Source of the DNA: an uncultured virus (IMG/VR IMGVR_UViG_3300020407_000003)
Taxonomy: Duplodnaviria; Heunggongvirae; Uroviricota; Caudoviricetes
IMG/VR virus record: IMGVR_UViG_3300020407_000003
Span: 1-64,000 of that record
Reading direction: 5' to 3' (one strand)
Length of the DNA: 64,000 nucleotides
Shown here piece after piece: positions 57,777-64,000 of the stretch; the first letter of the stretch is position 1, and each line of letters opens with the position of its first letter. The position numbers and the translations under genes are program-made. The notes under the pieces were generated by a model that was given only the letters and a program-made list of their open reading frames with translations, was not told where the DNA came from and did no database searches.

Positions 57777-58805
57777 TTATACTCCTGCTATAGCGACTTG
57801 TTCGTCGATAGTAAGTTGGTAGGTGTCTTTAGCTACCCACCATTCTAATTCGTTGTCTTCTGCTATCCTTGGATAACCTTGATAGTTAAATAAAGACAAT
57901 TCTGATTTGGTCAATTTAGTAAACAGCTGCTCTCTGGTTGCATCAGCCATTTCTGGATTAAAGTAAACAACGGTTGCGTTAAACTCTTGAATACTTATAG
58001 GGTCATTGTACTCAACCCCTATGCATTGAAACGGGATAGAGATTTGTTCGTTATCGTTAGCCAAAGGACTATCGGCTGTATAGTTAAAGGCAGCACCCAT
58101 GGGAACCGCTGTTGGAAATGCAGCCCCGCAGTTCGCTATTTTTTGAACATAGGTTCTCGTTGGATCCAAGACTAAACGATAGATACGCGTCATGTAGTCT
58201 ATCTCATTTTCAACGATCATCTCTGGATAAGGTACAAGCTCACCTCGACCTACCGCCATAGCGTAATGTGTCCAGGCGTAAAACAATGCAGAGATCGGGT
58301 CACCTATGATGTTACGAAAGTTTGCAGTCAATGAATACGTACCATAATTACGCGGTATGTCATCAATCATCGACCAGCTTTCTTTTGCTATACCTTCTTG
58401 TGAAGTATAGGTATCGACATCCACATCAGGCCAACCACTGATGGATAATAAATTATTAGTTAGCATGGGGATGAATGCGCTACGTTCATCAACTAAACCA
58501 GGTGCTTTCACTGAACGCGGTGATTTAGTACCATCGGGATCTAATAAAACTCGTATCAAACGCTGTTGCGTTAACTCTGATTGAGTGAGGAGAGGGGCAA
58601 GTATACGGCTGGCGCTTAAGTTATCGTATGACAAATTTAATCTAGGCCGTGTGAAAAACGTCAGGCCGTGATTATCCGTATTCTGGGTAACCGGGTTCCC
58701 AACGCCTCGGTGGTTAATGCCTTTATGGACATTAGTTGCTGTTGCTGACAAATTCCCAAGCCCACTCCCTTTCGAGATAAGGTTAATCGTTTCACGATTT
58801 GACAT
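57777..58805 (-). CDS. Virion structural protein, tail-tube-like/baseplate hub (phiKZ gp88-like)
   Basis: GLTFFTRP.LNL, DY.TRIYRL, GAAFPT motifs; synteny. Confidence 0.6.
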   Translation of the reverse strand: MSNRETINLISKGSGLGNLSATATNVHKGINHRGVGNPVTQNTDNHGLTFFTRPRLNLSYDNLSASRILAPLLTQSELTQQRLIRVLLDPDGTKSPRSVKAPGLVDERSAFIPMLTNNLLSISGWPDVDVDTYTSQEGIAKESWSMIDDIPRNYGTYSLTANFRNIIGDPISALFYAWTHYAMAVGRGELVPYPEMIVENEIDYMTRIYRLVLDPTRTYVQKIANCGAAFPTAVPMGAAFNYTADSPLANDNEQISIPFQCIGVEYNDPISIQEFNATVVYFNPEMADATREQLFTKLTKSELSLFNYQGYPRIAEDNELEWWVAKDTYQLTIDEQVAIAGV

Positions 58806-58838
58806 TCTAATTACTCTCCCATTATAGGACTTGTTATC

Positions 58839-59888
58839 ATGATTAAAGACACGGCCGATACCACTATTTCAGTGGTGAGCAAACTAGCCGGTATAATTGA
58901 ATCTGCTAAAGGCTCAACGCTAACGGATGTAACGCGATCAACACGTGTTGAACCCATTGTGATGATGGAATCGCGTTTACGCAATGAACCGTTTATGACA
59001 GATGTACTTCAAACGCTTACTTCAATATTCACTGGCTACTATTTACAAGCCGTTGCGGTATTGACTAAAGTAAATGGCGTTGAAGTTGTCCGCACGCTAG
59101 ATCGCCTAGCAACAGAACGCTCACCGGTTGACGCAATTGGGACTGAAGCGTATAAATACGCATTGCCAAACTACGAAACTAAAACGGTAGGTAATGTTGC
59201 AGTTTCTTTACTGCCAAGCGTTGAAGATCGTGGGCTTAATGAGTTAACCACTGTCAATAACCTAGCAGTAGGTAAATTGTTCGAGGTGAGTGTAGGTGTA
59301 GGTGAGCAGAAAGTCACCATCCCTATGTCTGTTCGTCTTAACGTAAAAGACATTAACACTCAAGGTTTGGTTCATATTTTAGCCGCCGGGGTTAAGGATA
59401 ACAGCGCTAAAGAACGTTTCTACCGCTGGCGTGCAGGTGAACTTAAGTTTATCCAAGATTTGATTTTGTGCCAGGACATCATCGATGCTCGTAAGCAAGC
59501 TATGTTGGAAGATAAAACTGACACATTAGCACGTATTGAACAGCGTCGTAATAAAAACCGCCTATCCGGTATCCTATCAGGGAAAGCGTCACTTAATGAT
59601 GCCTCTGGTATTGTTGTAGTATCAAGTGATACGGCTGCTGATATCGAAAAAGAAATCGGTGGTAAGTTAAGCAAGTTCAAACATCGTGAAGCATTGTTTA
59701 AAAATGCATTCGTCATGTTGATGGTTGTTGTTGATACTGAGTGGGAACGTGTCACAATCTATCATCGTGGTATTGAAGATGAGTCTGAGCTTAGCTATCG
59801 TGACTTGCAGACTGCTAACAAGCGTACTGGTCCTGATGTTGTTGAACTGCTTAAAGCTTTTCAAGCAGGTAACACCCCTCGTTATTAA
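58839..59888 (+). CDS. Virion structural protein (phiKZ gp89-like)
   Basis: RVEP, YYLQAV, NLAVGK motifs; synteny. Confidence 0.65.
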   Translation: MIKDTADTTISVVSKLAGIIESAKGSTLTDVTRSTRVEPIVMMESRLRNEPFMTDVLQTLTSIFTGYYLQAVAVLTKVNGVEVVRTLDRLATERSPVDAIGTEAYKYALPNYETKTVGNVAVSLLPSVEDRGLNELTTVNNLAVGKLFEVSVGVGEQKVTIPMSVRLNVKDINTQGLVHILAAGVKDNSAKERFYRWRAGELKFIQDLILCQDIIDARKQAMLEDKTDTLARIEQRRNKNRLSGILSGKASLNDASGIVVVSSDTAADIEKEIGGKLSKFKHREALFKNAFVMLMVVVDTEWERVTIYHRGIEDESELSYRDLQTANKRTGPDVVELLKAFQAGNTPRY

Positions 59889-59900
59889 GGAAACGAATTT

Positions 59901-60788
59901 ATGAAACTGACAGCCCTTTTCTCATCGCTGTTACCGTCTACTTCTAAAGAGACGCTATTGGGTGATATTAACCTAATCCGTGAGTCTATCAACTTACACA
60001 CGCTGCCTGTCTATAAGACGGCAGCTGACCTAACTCGCAAAGCACCACTTAAAGGTGAGATTGCTGAGGAGTTTGAACGTAAGGCTAAGCGCAATCTAGA
60101 GCTTTACAAAGACAACGCTATCCAGACAGTGCATACATCGCTTACACGCGCTGTAGCTAACCTGTCAGTTGTTGAAGAACTCATCCGTAAGAACATTGAA
60201 CAAGATAGCTTAATGCGTGATGCCATGACATACACGCAGGCTAGCCTAATTCAATACGTTCAGGTTGCACGCTTCTGTTCTTCTTATGCACGTCGTCTTC
60301 TGCTGGTTATGACTGAAGAAGCATCAGAAGTATTGTCTGACGATTACAGCAAGTCAAGTAACCGCGAGATGGAATACGTCAAGCAGTACATGGATGGTTT
60401 CATTCGTGGTATTAACGCGATTGGTGGTAAGAAACAAGATACTGTAGAAGCCTTTGAAAAGATTCCAGATATCTTGTTAAACCCTGAAACGGTAGATGTG
60501 ACCAAACAGACTGTGGGTATCAACCGCATGGATCCCTTTAAGTTTAACTTGATCCCTTATCGTTGGAATCCGATCTATCACCTTCGCATGGCGATTGCTA
60601 ACTATCAAGTCCAAAATGCAAAACTTGCACAAGAAGAACTTGAGTCATTAGAGCTTCGCTTACTCCACCTTAAACAACGTCGAGACGGTAAAGAAAATGC
60701 AAGTATCGAACAGCAGATTAACCACACCCAAGGACGCATCGATAAGTTGCGCTACAAACTCCATCGAGATGAAGAGAAGGCTGCCTAA
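59901..60788 (+). CDS. Virion structural protein (phiKZ gp90-like)
   Basis: 295 aa, WNPIYH motif and C-terminal coiled coil. Confidence 0.65.
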   Translation: MKLTALFSSLLPSTSKETLLGDINLIRESINLHTLPVYKTAADLTRKAPLKGEIAEEFERKAKRNLELYKDNAIQTVHTSLTRAVANLSVVEELIRKNIEQDSLMRDAMTYTQASLIQYVQVARFCSSYARRLLLVMTEEASEVLSDDYSKSSNREMEYVKQYMDGFIRGINAIGGKKQDTVEAFEKIPDILLNPETVDVTKQTVGINRMDPFKFNLIPYRWNPIYHLRMAIANYQVQNAKLAQEELESLELRLLHLKQRRDGKENASIEQQINHTQGRIDKLRYKLHRDEEKAA

Positions 60789-61356
60789 CCGCCCACGCAT
60801 GTATCGTAACTACAACGCCACGGTTTTTCAAAGTGGCTTAGTACAACCGTTCATCATGCGTGATGACGATACTTACTATAGTATCGAAGAAATCCATAAT
60901 ACGCTTCATGACTTTATGGAGAAAGTTGTTTATCGTCGCACCGATAACATCCCAATGGAGTTGGTGAATGAGTTTGTAAAGTATGCAATCTGGTTAACAG
61001 GTGGCAGTCACTTTTACGACGTGTTGATCACACAGTGTGATAATAACATGCTGAAAGATCAAACGCGTGACTTCTTAGTTGACACAGTTGAGATGCTTTC
61101 TACTGGCTCACGTAAAATGAACGTGTATACCTGGTTGCGTCTTACTACGGCATCTACCACAGAGTGGGGTGCGTCTAAGAAAGGACCTATCTCGGATCAC
61201 TCTTTATATGACGCGTTAAAAACAACGTTGCCCGCTAACCCTATAGCGACATGGCTTGCCATGGATGGCGGTTTTGAAGACCTCCTGACAACGCTGTATA
61301 TCTTATTTGCCCAAGCGAACTATGATCCTTGGCAGGTTACCCCTAACCGGGTGTAG
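60769..61356 (+). CDS. Conserved hypothetical/virion protein
   Basis: ATG 60769 (or 60799); W...GGFEDLL.TL..LF C-terminal motif. Confidence 0.65.
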   Translation: MKRRLPNRPRMYRNYNATVFQSGLVQPFIMRDDDTYYSIEEIHNTLHDFMEKVVYRRTDNIPMELVNEFVKYAIWLTGGSHFYDVLITQCDNNMLKDQTRDFLVDTVEMLSTGSRKMNVYTWLRLTTASTTEWGASKKGPISDHSLYDALKTTLPANPIATWLAMDGGFEDLLTTLYILFAQANYDPWQVTPNRV

Positions 61357-61419
61357 TTTTACGTAAAACTATCCAAACGTTTAATTAAACAAAAAACTTA
61401 ATATGGGAGTAAGACAATT

Positions 61420-62730
61420 ATGTCTAACCGTTTAAAAACATTACTAGCCTCTACTGCACCAACAGTAGCAGTAGAAAGCCAGAAAGACAAGCCAGTAGAG
61501 AAAGCACCTGTTGTTGATCTTACCGGCCCTGCTCTAGAGCACGCTGAAGCAAACCTAGCGCTTGCTACCGTTGGTGTTGAACATGCTGATAGCGATGTAA
61601 ACGAACTAATGGAAATCGCTGCAGGTCTTGAATCTATCTGTGGTGCTGCTTCTGCAACTATCCCTGAAGGCGGTCTTAAGCGTTCTGGCGCTGCTATGCT
61701 ACACGTAGCGGTTGAAGGCTATGCTAACCGTTTAGGTTTGGAAGAGTCTTTCGTTCCAGGCATCGAGTCTTTCGGTTCTGAAGGCGAAGCTATCACAGCA
61801 ACTCAAGTATCAGTTGAAGGTATCAAAGAAACTATTCAACGTGTTTGGGAAGCGGTTAAAGCAGCGGTACTTAAAGCGATTGAAGCAGTTAAGGCATGGT
61901 TTGCTAAGTTCTTCATCAACGCTGAGAAAATCAAAGCACGCGCTGAAGCAATCAAAGCAGGTGTTAAAGACAAAACTGGCGATGCGAAAGAATCAAAAGT
62001 TAGCGTTGGCTCTGCGGTAGCTAAATTGCACAAAGGCGGCAAGCTTGCTTCTGTTTCTACTGTAGCGGCTGAAGTTAAAACTGTACTTGGCAACGTAGTA
62101 ACAGCACAAACTGAACTTACTAAAACTGCTGGTGAACTTGGCGATATCGTAGGTAAGGTTGCAAAAGAAAATGCTGAGAAAGGCGCTGAGCTATTAGTTG
62201 AAGCAGGTCTTAAGCTAGTTGAAGCACCTCAAGCATTCAAAGGCACGCTGGATCTTAAAGAAAGCACCGTTGATGGCGAGAAAGCTTACTTCTCAGACGA
62301 GTTGTTTGGCGGTAAAGTTATCAAGATGGTAGCGAATGAAAAGAGCTACTCTGCGTCACTTCAAGATAAGGCTGACGTGAAGCTTGACGATGCTGACAAA
62401 GAAGTATCAACGCTTGCAGTTGCTGACATCGAGTCATTGTGTGACCTGGTAATCGATTGTGCTGACGAACTAGCCGGTGCTAAAGATACTGTCTTTGATA
62501 AAGGTAGCGACGTTAAGAACGACCTACTTAAAGCCGGTAAAGATGCATCAGCTGCGTTAGGCGATGACGCTGATAAAGCAGTAGCATCTAACACTCAAGC
62601 AATGGTTCGCATGCTACCTACGTTTACACGTATGGTTGACCAGCCTTCAATGGCGCTTCTTGCACACTCTGCAAAAGCACTTGGTGGCGTTCTAGACATC
62701 GCAGCTGCTTCTTCAAAGCAGTACGAGTAA
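61420..62730 (+). CDS. Inner-body/head protein (phiKZ gp93-family)
   Basis: Multiple S/A/G-x-E sites (ALE, GLE, AVE, SVE), MEIAAGLES, ETIQRVWEAVK helix; strong codon bias. Confidence 0.75.
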   Translation: MSNRLKTLLASTAPTVAVESQKDKPVEKAPVVDLTGPALEHAEANLALATVGVEHADSDVNELMEIAAGLESICGAASATIPEGGLKRSGAAMLHVAVEGYANRLGLEESFVPGIESFGSEGEAITATQVSVEGIKETIQRVWEAVKAAVLKAIEAVKAWFAKFFINAEKIKARAEAIKAGVKDKTGDAKESKVSVGSAVAKLHKGGKLASVSTVAAEVKTVLGNVVTAQTELTKTAGELGDIVGKVAKENAEKGAELLVEAGLKLVEAPQAFKGTLDLKESTVDGEKAYFSDELFGGKVIKMVANEKSYSASLQDKADVKLDDADKEVSTLAVADIESLCDLVIDCADELAGAKDTVFDKGSDVKNDLLKAGKDASAALGDDADKAVASNTQAMVRMLPTFTRMVDQPSMALLAHSAKALGGVLDIAAASSKQYE

Positions 62731-62739
62731 GTTAAATCG

Positions 62740-62764
62740 TAAGGTGGGCTTCGGTCCACCTTAT
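62740..62764 (+). terminator. Hairpin terminator or processing site
   Basis: TAAGGTGGGC-TTCG-GTCCACCTTA. Confidence 0.65.
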
Positions 62765-62816
62765 TCCCTGTTAAGTTAGTTTATTAACAAACCCAACACG
62801 TAATTAGGATAGAATA

Positions 62817-64000
62817 ATGCGTAACTTTTTTAAAGAACCTGTAGCGGTTAAACCAGCGCCAGTAGCGCTGAGTGTTGAAGAACAAGAAGATGCGCTAATC
62901 GCATCTGAAGAAAGCTTTCACGAATTCATTAAATTAGACGTTGAAAACCAACGCGCAATGGAAATTGCTGCGGGCTTAGAAAACCTAGCAACCGTTGCAG
63001 GTCATGTATCTGAAGCACGTAACACTGATCTTGCTTTCTTTGACGCTGGCCTTGAGCTTGCACTAGTAGGTACTGGTATCGGTACTGAAGAGATTGAGCC
63101 TGGTCTTGAAGACATGCAGGGTAAAACCATTTCAACTGAAGCGGTTAACCAAACAGTTGAGAAGATCTGGGAAGCGATTAAGAAAGTTATCGCTAACATG
63201 TGGAAGCAGATCCAAATCTTCTGGGGCAACCTAACCAAAGCAGCACCTGGTCTTAAGCTACGTGCTGAAGCGCTAACTGAAAAGGTAGCGGAAATGGGAT
63301 CAGCTACTGCAGAAGGCAAAACCTTCTCTGCAGGTCGTTCTCTTAAAGTACTATCGGTTGACGGTGCAGTACCTAAGAAAGGTTCTGACGTTATCGAAGG
63401 TCTTTCTTTGGTTGAGTCTATTACTACTCACCTTTACGGTAAGTACAAAGAGCAGCTAATTAAAGCTGGTAAAGACATCGACGCTGCGCTAGGCGAATTC
63501 GATGTAACGTCTATCGAAACAGCACGCAGCTCACTTGACGCTGTTAGTAACGCATTTGCTACCATCCACGAGATGAGCGAGTTCAAAGGCGTTAAGATGG
63601 TTAAAGTAGGTCGCGATACACGTTTCAATCGTTCAGAATCTGTTGAAGCGGTTCACCTGCCAACTGACATGGCTATCTTCCACGTTGAAGCGCCGGTTGA
63701 AGAAAACGAAGATGTATTGGGTCGTGCCGAGCGTATCCGTAAGTCTTCTTTGGTTGTAATGCAGTCAAGCGAGCAAGAGTCTAAAGCGAAAGATAAAGAA
63801 GCCGAGATGGAAATCTTTGCAACATCTGACGTAGTAACTATTGCTGAGCGTTCTATTGCTATCTGCGACATGATTGCAGAACATGACGCTAAAGCGCTTA
63901 AGTCTATTGCTGACAACATCGTTAAGGCATCTGACGCGGTTAACAAGAAGTTTAAAGCAGCAAGCAAAGACGAAGCGGGCATCAGCTCTGCGTCTAGCTA
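62817..64000 (+). CDS. Inner-body/head protein paralogue (partial, runs off the window; absent from ORF track)
   Basis: AGGA RBS, ATG 62817, MRNFFKEP...MEIAAGLEN...ISTEAVNQTVEKIWEAIKK. Confidence 0.8.
   Translation, partial: MRNFFKEPVAVKPAPVALSVEEQEDALIASEESFHEFIKLDVENQRAMEIAAGLENLATVAGHVSEARNTDLAFFDAGLELALVGTGIGTEEIEPGLEDMQGKTISTEAVNQTVEKIWEAIKKVIANMWKQIQIFWGNLTKAAPGLKLRAEALTEKVAEMGSATAEGKTFSAGRSLKVLSVDGAVPKKGSDVIEGLSLVESITTHLYGKYKEQLIKAGKDIDAALGEFDVTSIETARSSLDAVSNAFATIHEMSEFKGVKMVKVGRDTRFNRSESVEAVHLPTDMAIFHVEAPVEENEDVLGRAERIRKSSLVVMQSSEQESKAKDKEAEMEIFATSDVVTIAERSIAICDMIAEHDAKALKSIADNIVKASDAVNKKFKAASKDEAGISSASS

Noticed and set aside
62929..63982. Minus-strand ORFs at the window end
   Set aside because: The region is occupied by a plus-strand inner-body gene from 62817 that the track missed because its stop codon is outside the window.
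1..64000. CRISPR array, DGR/retron, tRNA or rRNA genes, or stop-codon recoding
   Set aside because: No regularly spaced repeats, reverse-transcriptase motifs or RNA-gene signatures were seen by eye. Core genes read fully in the standard code and all three stop codons are used.

Overview
This is a 64-kb segment of a nucleus-forming, phiKZ-like jumbo myophage (Chimalliviridae type) that uses the standard genetic code. The host cannot be determined from the sequence. phiKZ gene numbers are assigned from recalled motifs and synteny, not from a database search. The window holds the conserved nucleus/replication block: a split family-B DNA polymerase, chimallin, non-virion RNAP beta', sigma-like and beta subunits, an SbcD-like nuclease, ChmC- and PicA-like genes, and an SF2 helicase. 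It also holds a virion RNAP subunit, a second helicase, and head/inner-body and baseplate genes, with accessory clusters between them. Mobile elements are a group I intron with a Zn-finger/PD-(D/E)XK endonuclease in the nvRNAP beta gene, a class 3 LAGLIDADG intein in a helicase, and a degenerate HNH gene. The main unexplained signals are: (1) a probable programmed -1 frameshift at about 42136-42142, with a 3' hairpin, fusing a T4 gp26-like gene to a gp51/GT-like frame; (2) a hairpin+TATGCCG gene-end signal, often without a U-tract and mirrored at all five convergent junctions; (3) an early-promoter consensus inside the intron P8 hairpin; (4) a tandem array of six divergent paralogues of about 120 aa; (5) a candidate structured ncRNA upstream of the DNA polymerase gene.
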